From Candidatus Hydrothermarchaeales archaeon (GTDB taxonomy: Archaea; Hydrothermarchaeota; Hydrothermarchaeia; Hydrothermarchaeales; JAZGAD01), in contig JAZGAD010000009.1 of assembly GCA_036444275.1 (NCBI GenBank), forward strand, positions 1 through 22,100: DNA of 22,100 nucleotides. The letters run 5' to 3'. Shown one piece after another: positions 1 through 8,312 of this stretch (position 1 is the first letter of the stretch; each line of letters starts with the position of its first letter). Made by a program: the position numbers and the translations under genes. Under the pieces are notes generated by a model. The model ran no database searches. It was not told where the DNA came from and saw only the letters and a program-made list of their open reading frames with translations.

Positions 1-1
1 A

Positions 2-943
2 GCTTTCCTGTTAAGCTTTCGGAGGCTCCTCTCTAACCGTAAGAGAGAAAAGAAGAAGCTACGGAAGAGTGATCTGACATACCAGACTTTCTATCTAAGC
101 ATACTCCTATTATTCGTTATAGCTCTCATCCTCAGTTGGGGCCTAACCAAGCCGGTTGTCGATAAATTCGTAACAGGCGTGGAACCTCCTATCTCTCCTG
201 GCTTCTTCAATAGAACGGGATTTCCCATAGTCGCTGGCCTGATGCTGCTCAGTGGCTTCTGCGCCCTCTTAGGTCTTACTCGGAAGAGGCCCCTCTTCAT
301 AGCTACTGGAGGCGTCCTTGCAATCACAATAGTAGCTGTCTTAGTATTCCAATCCATATGGCCTAGTGTATCATCCTATCTCACTGCGTTTCTCCCACTC
401 GCTGTTTTCGCCTTACTGGGGGCAGCGTACAGGATATCCCGCAGTAGATCTCTAAAGGTGGTTGGCAGCTATTTGGTACATCTAGGAATTGCGCTATTGC
501 TCATCGGCGTGCTGGCCAGTTCCACCCTGCAGGAGACATCAGACGTCGTATACGTATACCCAGATGATATTGGCATCTTGAAGGATGTAGGTGGAGGATA
601 TGGCGTAAAACTCCAAGATATTAACGTAGCCCAGGATGAAAAGGGCAACTGGTTTCAGGATGCTAGAATAGCGGTCTACCGTGGCACTGCGGAACTCGGG
701 GAGGTTACCGAGAGGCATGTGAACGATGTTAGGTATGGGCACTATGCCGAGGTCTCTATTTTCAGGAGCATACGAGCCGATGTATATCCCGTTTTCCATG
801 GTGTAACTGGGCACGGAGCTGGAGTAGCAGTAGTCATACCCCTGCGGGTGAAGGTATTGCCTTATGTAAGCTTGATATGGGCTGGTATTATTCTATCCAT
901 CAGTGGTATGGGGATCCTACTCTATTTAGATTTTCATCGTTAA
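2..943 (+). CDS. ccmF: Cytochrome c biogenesis protein CcmF (heme lyase), C-terminal part; truncated by the window edge
   Basis: The frame of the 179..943 ORF is open back to position 2 (AFLLSFRRLL...). Multiple TM helices, 'FFN..GFP', 'GSYLVHLG' and the terminal 'LPYVSLIWAGIILS' helix match the CcmF C-terminal domain. Confidence 0.8.
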   Translation, partial: AFLLSFRRLLSNRKREKKKLRKSDLTYQTFYLSILLLFVIALILSWGLTKPVVDKFVTGVEPPISPGFFNRTGFPIVAGLMLLSGFCALLGLTRKRPLFIATGGVLAITIVAVLVFQSIWPSVSSYLTAFLPLAVFALLGAAYRISRSRSLKVVGSYLVHLGIALLLIGVLASSTLQETSDVVYVYPDDIGILKDVGGGYGVKLQDINVAQDEKGNWFQDARIAVYRGTAELGEVTERHVNDVRYGHYAEVSIFRSIRADVYPVFHGVTGHGAGVAVVIPLRVKVLPYVSLIWAGIILSISGMGILLYLDFHR

Positions 944-960
944 TCCTTGTCTTCTGAAGT

Positions 961-1716
961 ATGAAAATCATAGGCTTCTCAGGCAAAGGAGGAACCGGAA
1001 AGACAACACTGACTGTTCTCTTCCTCAAGGCCTTAATGAACATGAACAACAAAGAGATACTGCTCATAGACTCTGACCCGAATGAATGCCTTCCAAGTGT
1101 TCTCGGCATAGATCAATTCATGCGACTTTCAGACGTGGTAAAGGGTTACGAGGGCAAGACCATTGATCCAGCGCAGTTCTCTCAAGACTTCAACTCTATG
1201 CTGCTAATGAACGAGCAGGATGGTTTCGACTTAATGGTCATGGGACGCGGCGAGAGCGAGGGGTGCTATTGTATTATAAACCACTTATTGAAGAGCAGCT
1301 TCGAGCAGAATGTTCTCAGCGGAGGCCCTTCATACGATTATATATTGATGGACTGCGAAGCAGGGATCGAACACATCTCCAGGAAGACCTCTTCGGCGAT
1401 ACACGACCTCGTCGTTGTTACCGATGCCTCGATGATGGGGATACGCACAATGGAGCGAATAAAAAAAGTGTCAAACGAGGTGAAGAGTAGCGTAAAGCGG
1501 TTTCATGTGGCAGCTAACAAGATCCAGAATCCAGAGATGTCCTCGAATATAGAGGAGAAGGCGTCCCAGCTTGACATGCACTATCTGGGCAGCATCCCCT
1601 ATGATCCGGTGATAGAGGAATACAACTTCCTGGGAAAACCCCTCCTTGGCTTGCCAGAGGACTCGCTGGCATATCTAGAAGCCAAAAAGATGGTGGACAG
1701 TATATTAGCTGTCTAG
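961..1716 (+). CDS. cooC: CooC/AcsF-family Ni-insertion ATPase (CO dehydrogenase/ACS maturation factor)
   Basis: Deviant Walker A GKGGTGKTT, DSDPN, metal-binding GCYC (CxC) and DCEAGIEH.SR motifs. Confidence 0.88.
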   Translation: MKIIGFSGKGGTGKTTLTVLFLKALMNMNNKEILLIDSDPNECLPSVLGIDQFMRLSDVVKGYEGKTIDPAQFSQDFNSMLLMNEQDGFDLMVMGRGESEGCYCIINHLLKSSFEQNVLSGGPSYDYILMDCEAGIEHISRKTSSAIHDLVVVTDASMMGIRTMERIKKVSNEVKSSVKRFHVAANKIQNPEMSSNIEEKASQLDMHYLGSIPYDPVIEEYNFLGKPLLGLPEDSLAYLEAKKMVDSILAV

Positions 1717-1879
1717 CCCTAATTCCATTGCCTAGTTCTAATGGTTCTTCTTAATACTTTTGAAATGCTCTAATAAGCGTCCGCTCCTTTTTCCGCCAGT
1801 AGACTCATCATACCAGCACTATGTTTTCCTAAATCAAGCATCTTTCCAAGAGAAACATCGGAAGACAAGGTTGGGCTTT

Positions 1880-1895
1880 CAAAAAATATATATAA
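1880..1895 (+). promoter_or_regulatory. Archaeal BRE/TATA promoter for the downstream RNA candidate
   Basis: CAAAAAA-TATATATA-A. The TATA box (1887-1894) lies at -31..-24 relative to G1918, the first base of the terminal stem. Confidence 0.6.
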
Positions 1896-1917
1896 TACAT
1901 GGTAGTACACTTTGATT

Positions 1918-2073
1918 GCGGATTTGGAAAGGTGTTCAGTGACGGTTTGTCTTTGATAGGTTGCCACTGGCGACGGGTCCTATCCTCCGGGATAAGATTC
2001 GCCTGAAAAGAAGCAACGGTCCTCGGCCTTCGGGTCGGAGAACGGTGTGACTTTTCGGCTTTGTCAAGTCCGC
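1918..2073 (+). ncRNA. Putative structured non-coding RNA (~156 nt, three-way junction), family not recognised
   Basis: Closing stem 1918-1927/2064-2073. Long arm UUCAG/CUGAA, UUUGUCUU/GGGAUAAG, GAUAGG/CCUAUC. Second arm capped by a C(UUCG)G tetraloop (2028-2033). G-U pairs favour the + strand; TATA box upstream and T-tracts downstream. Confidence 0.65.
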
Positions 2074-2075
2074 GC

Positions 2076-2106
2076 TTTTCATTTTGGGCTTCGGTTTTTT
2101 CTTTTT
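2076..2106 (+). terminator. Oligo-T archaeal terminator region
   Basis: TTTTC-ATTTT...TTTTTT-C-TTTTT immediately after the RNA closing stem. Confidence 0.5.
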
Positions 2107-2220
2107 ATCTTAGTTGCTCTTTTTGTTCAATATCAATGTTACAACAAGTAGTAGGGGGAAGCCGCGAAGCATGATATTTCTATACTGCCGGGATTAATCA
2201 CTTTTCCTGAGCTCTCACTA

Positions 2221-2230
2221 CCTTTATATA
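2221..2230 (+). promoter_or_regulatory. TATA box of the rpa-radA unit
   Basis: CCTTTATATA ends 27 nt upstream of the rpa ATG (2257). Confidence 0.55.
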
Positions 2231-2256
2231 CGATTGCAAGAGATGCTAGTAGGGGA

Positions 2257-3579
2257 ATGGTAATGGACTTAGAAAATATGGTTGAAAAAATCTCTAATGA
2301 GAGCGGATTGGAGGGGAAGGAGATCAAGGCAAAAATCGAGGAAAAGAGGGAGGAACTCGGAGGACTGATAACCCCTGAGGGTGCCGCCCATATCATTGCA
2401 AACGAGGTAGGTGTAAACCTCTTTGAAGGCGCTAGTAAGGCTAGTGATCTAAAGATAGAGAACATAATCCCCGGAATGCATAGTGTGAATATAGTTGGAA
2501 AAGTACTGAAGGTATACCCATTGAAGGAATTTGATAAGAAAGACGGCTCCAAAGGCACCTTAGCTTCTTTAATCCTAGGAGATGACACGGGCAGTATACG
2601 GGTGTTATTCTGGGGCAGTGAAACATCGCTTCTCAATGAAGGTAAGATAAAAGAAGAAGACATCTTAAGGATAGAGGACGGCTACAGCAGGGAGACGCAG
2701 AACGGGGAGGCTGAAGTCCATATAGGCTCTAGATCCAGTGTTAGTGTAAATCCAAGCGACGTGGAGAAAGGGGACATAGCTACACCTATGCATATTCCTG
2801 CACCGATCCCGCAAGAGGTACAGAAGAAGATCTCAGAGTTAGAAGAGGGTATGAGTAGTGTTGGTGTGCTCTGCAAGGTGGTACGCATACACGAGGTGAG
2901 GGAATTCGAAAGAAACGATAAGAGTAGGGGTAAGGTAGTGAACTTGAGTATCGCTGATAAAACCGGCAGGACAAGGCTTGTGCTGTGGGGCGAGGACGTG
3001 GAGCTCGTAGAGGCGGGAAAGATTAAGAAGGGCACTACTATTAGGGTGAATAAGGGTTATGTGAAAGCCCGCTACGGAGAACCAGAGCTAAACATTGGAA
3101 AGTACGGCGAGCTAATCCTGGACCCAGATGGAGAGGTAGACGTAGATATACCCGATCTCTTGATACAGAAGACGCTGTTGGGAGAACTGGAGAACGGCGA
3201 TAAAGCTGAGATAAGAGGCGCTCTAATGGAGCTCTACAGCCCTACGGTCTTTGATAGAAAGAGTGGCAAAGGCATGGTGGTCAACGCGTTGATAGACGAC
3301 GGCACCGCATGCATGCGGGCTGCATTCTATGATAAGCTTGCTGAGAGGCTATTGAACATTCCTCTAAAAGAGTTAGACGCTGAGGGGGATGTAGATATAT
3401 CTAGATTAGACGAGAGAAGGAAAGAGATCCTTGGAAAAGAGATTACCGCCACTGTGAATGTCAAGCATAGTGATTTCTCTGACAAGAATGAATTGGTCGT
3501 ATTGGACCTTGACTTTAACCCAGACCCACGGGAAGTGGTCAAGGAATTACTTAAGGAAGCAAAAGCGAGGGAGGAATAG
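2257..3579 (+). CDS. rpa: Replication protein A (multi-OB-fold ssDNA-binding protein)
   Basis: N-terminal '[18 protein letters not shown]' segment, two repeated OB folds ('[13 protein letters not shown]', '[13 protein letters not shown]') and a C-terminal OB fold ('[13 protein letters not shown]'); directly upstream of radA. The start could be 2263. Confidence 0.88.
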   Translation: MVMDLENMVEKISNESGLEGKEIKAKIEEKREELGGLITPEGAAHIIANEVGVNLFEGASKASDLKIENIIPGMHSVNIVGKVLKVYPLKEFDKKDGSKGTLASLILGDDTGSIRVLFWGSETSLLNEGKIKEEDILRIEDGYSRETQNGEAEVHIGSRSSVSVNPSDVEKGDIATPMHIPAPIPQEVQKKISELEEGMSSVGVLCKVVRIHEVREFERNDKSRGKVVNLSIADKTGRTRLVLWGEDVELVEAGKIKKGTTIRVNKGYVKARYGEPELNIGKYGELILDPDGEVDVDIPDLLIQKTLLGELENGDKAEIRGALMELYSPTVFDRKSGKGMVVNALIDDGTACMRAAFYDKLAERLLNIPLKELDAEGDVDISRLDERRKEILGKEITATVNVKHSDFSDKNELVVLDLDFNPDPREVVKELLKEAKAREE

Positions 3580-3583
3580 AGAA

Positions 3584-4513
3584 ATGGAATTAGAAGAACT
3601 ACCCGGAGTAGGAGCAGCTACCGCTGAAAAACTGAGGGACGCGGGCTTCAAGACCGTGGAATCCATAGCGGTAGCGAATAGTAGTGAACTTAAGGAAATC
3701 TCAGGCATGGGGAATGGCGCTGGCCGAAAAGTGATAAATGCGGCCCGGGAGATCCTACAACTAGGATTCATGACAGGCAGCGAAGTCCTGGAAAAGAGGG
3801 AGAACCTTAAGAAGATAACCATGAGTAGCAACACCCTAGACCAGTTAATGGGAGGCGGAATAGAAACACAGGCTATAACTGAGCTATTCGGGGAATTTGG
3901 ATCAGGAAAAACACAAATATGCCATCAGCTGGCAGTCAACGTGCAACTTTCTGAGGATCAGCACGGACTGGAGAAAACAGTTCTCTATATAGACACTGAG
4001 AATACTTTTAGGCCTGAAAGGATCGTCCATATGTCCCAAGCTCTAGGTCTGGATCCAAAGCCAATCCTTGACAACATAGTCGTGGCTAGAGCTTATACCA
4101 GCGACCACCAGATGCTCATAGTGGAACAAGTTGAGGAGATGATAAAGGAGAAGAACATCGGACTGATAGTGGTTGACTCCCTTACATCCCAATTCAGATC
4201 AGACTACAGTGGCCGGGGCATGCTCGCTGATAGGCAACAGAAGCTCAATAGACATATGCACACACTCCAAAGAATCTCAGATATCCACAACCTCGCAGTC
4301 GTAGTCACCAATCAAGTTATGAGCAGGCCTGACTTCTTCTTCGGAGACCCCACAGCACCTATAGGCGGGCACATCGTAGGGCATTCATCTACATTCAGGG
4401 TATATCTGAGGAAATCCAAGGGCGGGAAGCGCGTAGCTAGGCTCATAGACTCTCCAAGTCTACCAGAAGGAGAGGCAATATTCTCGGTGATAGGAGACGG
4501 AATCAGGGATTAA
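3584..4513 (+). CDS. radA: DNA repair and recombination protein RadA
   Basis: N-terminal HhH '[15 protein letters not shown]', Walker [22 protein letters not shown], '[11 protein letters not shown]', 'PIGGHIVGH'. Start reassigned to ATG 3584, after the GAGG-rich end of rpa. No intein. Confidence 0.97.
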   Translation: MELEELPGVGAATAEKLRDAGFKTVESIAVANSSELKEISGMGNGAGRKVINAAREILQLGFMTGSEVLEKRENLKKITMSSNTLDQLMGGGIETQAITELFGEFGSGKTQICHQLAVNVQLSEDQHGLEKTVLYIDTENTFRPERIVHMSQALGLDPKPILDNIVVARAYTSDHQMLIVEQVEEMIKEKNIGLIVVDSLTSQFRSDYSGRGMLADRQQKLNRHMHTLQRISDIHNLAVVVTNQVMSRPDFFFGDPTAPIGGHIVGHSSTFRVYLRKSKGGKRVARLIDSPSLPEGEAIFSVIGDGIRD

Positions 4514-4573
4514 ATAAGCGGACAATTGGATCTAACCAACAAAGTATTTATCCCTATTTTTATATTTGAACCC

Positions 4574-5275
4574 ATGATAAAGGCAGTTGCCATAGACATA
4601 GACGGCACCCTTACCGATGCTGGGAGGCGGTTAGATCTGGATGCTGTGTCTAGGTTAAGGGAGCTAGAGGATCTCGGCGTGAAAGTGATTCTAGCCACTG
4701 GCAACATCCTCTGTATAGCAGAGGCTATTTCCATAATGATAGGCACCTCTGGCCCGTTGATAGCTGAGAATGGGGGAGTTATAATGGATCCTAAATCAGG
4801 GAAAACAAGTTACAGGGGAAATATCGACCTGGTTAAAAAGGCTTTCCAGCACTTGATGGGTATATACAAGGTGCAGAAAGTCAGTAGGTCGGAGCTTAGG
4901 AAGACCGAGATAGCCATCTATAGAGACATCGAGGTAGGAAGAGTGAAAGAAGCCCTCAATGATTTCCCGGTTAGCATTGTGGACACGAAGTTCGCCATAC
5001 ACATCAAGGATGCAGAGGTGAATAAGGGCACAGCCCTCGTGAAAGTAGCAGAGATGATGAACATAAAACTGAGAGACATAGTAGCAATAGGGGATAGCGA
5101 GAATGACCGCGAGATGCTCCAAGTTGCTGGCTACGCCATCTCCGTTGGAGAGGGATTGAGGGACGTCAGCGATTATACCACAAAGGAGAAGCTCGGGAAG
5201 GGTGGAAGGGAAGCACTGGATGTCGTCCTCCGAATGAAGAGAGATGAAGATGAAAATGAAAAACGGAAACAGTAG
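4574..5275 (+). CDS. HAD-superfamily (Cof/TA0175-type) phosphoglycolate phosphatase
   Basis: DIDGTLT, LATGN, IAENGG, NKG and GDSENDREM motifs. Start moved to ATG 4574. Confidence 0.85.
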   Translation: MIKAVAIDIDGTLTDAGRRLDLDAVSRLRELEDLGVKVILATGNILCIAEAISIMIGTSGPLIAENGGVIMDPKSGKTSYRGNIDLVKKAFQHLMGIYKVQKVSRSELRKTEIAIYRDIEVGRVKEALNDFPVSIVDTKFAIHIKDAEVNKGTALVKVAEMMNIKLRDIVAIGDSENDREMLQVAGYAISVGEGLRDVSDYTTKEKLGKGGREALDVVLRMKRDEDENEKRKQ

Positions 5276-5319
5276 ATTAGATTTATAAATTACGAGAGTC
5301 CTATATTGACTGGGATTTC

Positions 5320-6096
5320 ATGGGAGTCACAATAACTATTGCTTCAGGAAAGGGAGGTGTCGGGAAGACATCCTTAACAGCTAATCTAGGTATCGCTTTA
5401 GCAGAGTTCGGCAAGGACGTAACCCTCCTAGACGCTGATATAGAAATGGCGAATTTAGAGCTTCACCTCGGCTTGGAAGGGATGAAGGTAACCCTGAACA
5501 ATGTCCTCTCCGGAGATGCCGAGATAGAGGACAGCATCTACCAAGGTCCCGGGGGGGTAAAGGTTATCCCGGCAGGAATATCCCTAGATGGACTGAAAAA
5601 TGCTGATCCAGACAGGCTCAAGAGTGTATTACGCCAGCTTATGGATATGACGGATATCCTCCTCATAGATTCTCCGCCAGGACTAGGGAAGGCTGTAATC
5701 ACTGCACTGGCAACTGCCCAAGAAGTAATCCTCGTTGTAATTCCCGAGATATCCTCTATGTCTGACGCATTAAAGACCAAGATCGTGGCTAAAAAACTTG
5801 GAACCCACATCCTTGGAGCCGTGATAAATCGAGCCGGCTACGATGAGAAGACCGACCTCACCACACCCGAAGTAGAAGCCATCTTGGAAGTAAATGTCCT
5901 TGGCGTGATTCCTGAGGATGTCGAGCTCAGGCGCTCTACCACCTTTGGTCAGGCCATAATGATCAGACGGCCTGATTCTCCTGCCGCTATAGCAATAAAG
6001 CATCTGGCCGCAGAGCTGATAGGGGAGAAATACATCTATGAGGGGCCCAAAGAGGGCATGCTAAGACGATTCTTGTCAGGTCTGCTAGGAGGATGA
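5320..6096 (+). CDS. minD: Archaeal MinD-family ATPase
   Basis: ASGKGGVGKT, DADIEMANL, IDSPPG and a C-terminal amphipathic tail 'MLRRFLSGLLGG'. TATA-like TTTATAAA at 5282-5289. Confidence 0.9.
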   Translation: MGVTITIASGKGGVGKTSLTANLGIALAEFGKDVTLLDADIEMANLELHLGLEGMKVTLNNVLSGDAEIEDSIYQGPGGVKVIPAGISLDGLKNADPDRLKSVLRQLMDMTDILLIDSPPGLGKAVITALATAQEVILVVIPEISSMSDALKTKIVAKKLGTHILGAVINRAGYDEKTDLTTPEVEAILEVNVLGVIPEDVELRRSTTFGQAIMIRRPDSPAAIAIKHLAAELIGEKYIYEGPKEGMLRRFLSGLLGG

Positions 6097-6100
6097 TGAA

Positions 6101-6295
6101 ATGCAACTCTATCTTTATCTACTGTTGATTAGCACCCTCCTCAATGTGGGCCTAGCTCTTAAGATCCTGAATTTGAGGGGGCAACTACTGACTACTAAAG
6201 GCCGGGATCTTACCCCCGAGGAGATGGAATCCCTAAAGAAAAGACTTATCCGTATAAAGAAGATCACCGAGGCATCCAATAATTTCATTCCTTAG
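6101..6295 (+). CDS. Small hypothetical protein with an N-terminal TM helix, co-transcribed with minD
   Basis: Starts 4 nt after the minD stop with a GGAGG RBS; hydrophobic N-terminus followed by a charged helix. Confidence 0.6.
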   Translation: MQLYLYLLLISTLLNVGLALKILNLRGQLLTTKGRDLTPEEMESLKKRLIRIKKITEASNNFIP

Positions 6296-6587
6296 CTACG
6301 TCTTTCTTTAAATCTCTGAAGGTAGCTAGCCTCTCTGCTATAGCGTTATGTTAGTGTATTGTCTCAAGACTCTCGCCCCCTCACGGAGACCATGGTATCT
6401 CCAGGTAGATCTGGATAACGCCTTACTATACCCATCAAAACCTTTCTAACTACATCCTCCACGAAATTAGGATTCTTATGCGCCTTCAATACCACAGCCA
6501 CTTCATCCCCCTTTTTAAGACCTCGTAGAGCTGGGAACTCATGGATTTCTGCAGGAGGGCGATCAAATCCTCGGGCTCTATCTCTCC
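6285..6587 (-). pseudogene. mptA: GTP cyclohydrolase MptA/FolE2 C-terminal remnant (5'-truncated, 2 frameshifts, 1 in-frame stop)
   Basis: Joining frames gives [26 protein letters not shown](fs)DEVAVVLKAHKNPNFVEDVVRKVL...DLPGDTMVSVR(fs)GESLETIH*HNAIAERLATFRDLKKDVAKE*, which contains the MptA motifs SMSS.xYExLKRxDE, NPxFVED and ExIHxHNA. Confidence 0.85.
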
Positions 6588-7549
6588 ATTCCCTTGAATT
6601 TCTCACCCAGATAGGTAAACTGCGCCAACAAAGCCTCAAGCTGAATTATCTCATTGCTGCCCTCCACCAACCTGAAATTGTATTCTCCTATGGTATCGAC
6701 CAACTTCACCTTGGCCTCCTCAGGAATCGTCATACTGAATACCTCTCTATGAAACTGCTTCATCAGATCTTCCCCGCTCAAGCCGTAGGTTATCAGCAAC
6801 TCCCTGAGCCTCTTCCTAGCGGCAGCGAAATCTCCACTGAGGGCTATGCGGAGCATCTCCCTTATCTCCTCCGGCGTAGCTTTTGCCACCACCCGATAGA
6901 TGGTCTCCTTATCCAGCTCCGTCCCAAAGGAGGCAGCTGACTGGAGGAGGTTGATTGCCCGCCTCAAATCACCTTCCGAGACATACAGTATTGCCTCCAA
7001 TCCATCTGGGCTCAACTTTAGGTTCTCTTTTTGAGCTATTTCCCTTATCTTAGCCCCCATATCCTCGTCCTTTAAGGGGGCAAACCTGAAGAGTGCGCAC
7101 CTTGACTGAAGGGGCTCTATTATCTTGCTGGAGTAATTGCAGGATAGAATGAACCTGCAGTTATGGGTCCACTTCTCCATGGTCCGACGAAGAGCATGCT
7201 GGGCATCCTTAGTTAGGGCATCTGCCTCATCAAGAAAAATGATGTTGAAATCCTTATACATGGCCCGCGAATGGGCTAAGCTCTTTATCTTTCCCCTGAC
7301 CACATCTATCCCGCGTTCATCGCTGGCGTTCAACTCGAGTAAATTATCCTTCCAGTTCTCGGAGAAGAGCTCCTTCGCCAGAGCTATTGCTGCCGTAGTC
7401 TTCCCAGTGCCAGGCGGTCCAGCGAAGAGCATGTTTGGCAAGTTCTTCGATTTAACGTAGCCCTGTAGCCTCCCAACTACATCCCTTTGCCCAACGATGC
7501 CCCCTACTTTGTCCGGACGGTATTTCTCCACCCACATGGCCTCGATCAT
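6578..7549 (-). CDS. rfcS: Replication factor C small subunit
   Basis: [41 protein letters not shown] and GDLRRAIN motifs; no intein. Confidence 0.97.
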   Translation of the reverse strand: MIEAMWVEKYRPDKVGGIVGQRDVVGRLQGYVKSKNLPNMLFAGPPGTGKTTAAIALAKELFSENWKDNLLELNASDERGIDVVRGKIKSLAHSRAMYKDFNIIFLDEADALTKDAQHALRRTMEKWTHNCRFILSCNYSSKIIEPLQSRCALFRFAPLKDEDMGAKIREIAQKENLKLSPDGLEAILYVSEGDLRRAINLLQSAASFGTELDKETIYRVVAKATPEEIREMLRIALSGDFAAARKRLRELLITYGLSGEDLMKQFHREVFSMTIPEEAKVKLVDTIGEYNFRLVEGSNEIIQLEALLAQFTYLGEKFKGMER

Positions 7550-7755
7550 CGTCTGCCCTCATTTATTTATGCCATCTGCTGATTATTAGTTACTATAGCA
7601 TCCAGAAGGATCCTAGCCGGTTTTGCTATACTCTTTACCCTCCTCTTTATAAATCATATCTACGCATCCAGCGAGGAGGTCTAGGTATCAAACGTCGATG
7701 GAATTATAGACCCGGTTACCAGTGGCTATATCGCCCGGGGGTGATAAGGGTCAAA

Positions 7756-7908
7756 ATGAAAATAATGCCACCAGGAATAAAGCTGCCAGACGACATAGAA
7801 TTCGTGACTGTAGAAGAGGAAGTAGAAGAGAAGAAGGTAAAGCCTGCAAAATTAGAGGAATCGGTTGAAGAAATGGAGGAACTTACCCTAGTGGTCGACG
7901 AAATATAA
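7756..7908 (+). CDS. Small acidic hypothetical protein (50 aa), absent from the ORF track
   Basis: MKIMPPGIKLPDDIEFVTVEEEVEEKKVKPAKLEESVEEMEELTLVVDEI*. SD-like GGGGGTGAT at 7737-7745, purine-rich coding-like composition, TTTATAAA at ~7646-7653. Alternative GTG start at 7741. Confidence 0.55.
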   Translation: MKIMPPGIKLPDDIEFVTVEEEVEEKKVKPAKLEESVEEMEELTLVVDEI

Positions 7909-7949
7909 TTTTCAGGCAATAGCCGCTTTCCCTTCCACCCTATACCCTC

Positions 7950-8273
7950 CTAACTGATCTCTTCGTCCATCCATTTAAAGTACTCTTCACTGCCTTCCAA
8001 TATAGGGAGTACTAGGATAGCTGGGTTCTCGTAGCTATGCATCTGCCTGACAAGGCAGATGATCTCCTTTACTTTTTCTCGCTTGGTTTTCAGAAACAAG
8101 AGTGACTCGTCAGCCCTCTCCAGCGTACCCTTCCACCAATAGATAGACTTCACCTTTTCTACCACGTTAGCGCATGCCGCCAGCCTTCGCTTAACCACTG
8201 CTTCTGCGATGCGTTCGGCCTCCGCAAGGTTAGAAGCAGTTATATAAATAGATACATAAGAAATATCGCCCAT
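7950..8273 (-). CDS. cutA: Divalent-cation tolerance protein CutA
   Basis: 'RLAACAN', 'SIYWWKG', 'HSYENPAI'. Confidence 0.93.
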   Translation of the reverse strand: MGDISYVSIYITASNLAEAERIAEAVVKRRLAACANVVEKVKSIYWWKGTLERADESLLFLKTKREKVKEIICLVRQMHSYENPAILVLPILEGSEEYFKWMDEEIS

Positions 8274-8312
8274 GTTAGATTTTCATCGGAAAAGGAATAA
8301 AAGGTTATCCTC

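Noticed and set aside
1765-1815. AUGAUGA (C box) on the minus strand suggesting a C/D guide RNA
   Set aside because: No CUGA D box at a suitable distance.
1770-1967. 65-aa minus-strand ORF, and a 35-codon plus-strand ORF from 1899
   Set aside because: No recognisable motifs; both overlap the TATA box and/or the structured RNA, which explains the region better.
1918-2073. RNase P RNA, SRP RNA, 5S rRNA or cobalamin riboswitch identity (GGAAAG near the 5' end, CGGCUU near the 3' end, GCCACUG inside)
   Set aside because: The motifs are partial and in the wrong context: no GAGGAAAGUCC/P4 pairing, no SRP helix-8 loop, no 5S loop C, and no GGGAA partner for a B12 box.
2195-2220. TCACTTTTC upstream of rpa as a DNA-damage regulatory box
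   Set aside because: Too short and degenerate to support without comparative data.
3458-3583. N-terminal extensions of RadA (and likewise of ORFs starting 4526, 10888, 12069, 18808 and 20797)
   Set aside because: They overlap upstream genes or promoters; family homology begins at the downstream ATGs used in the feature list.
6364-6639. 91-aa ORF as an intact gene
   Set aside because: It is a chimera: only its middle part is in the MptA frame; see the pseudogene call.
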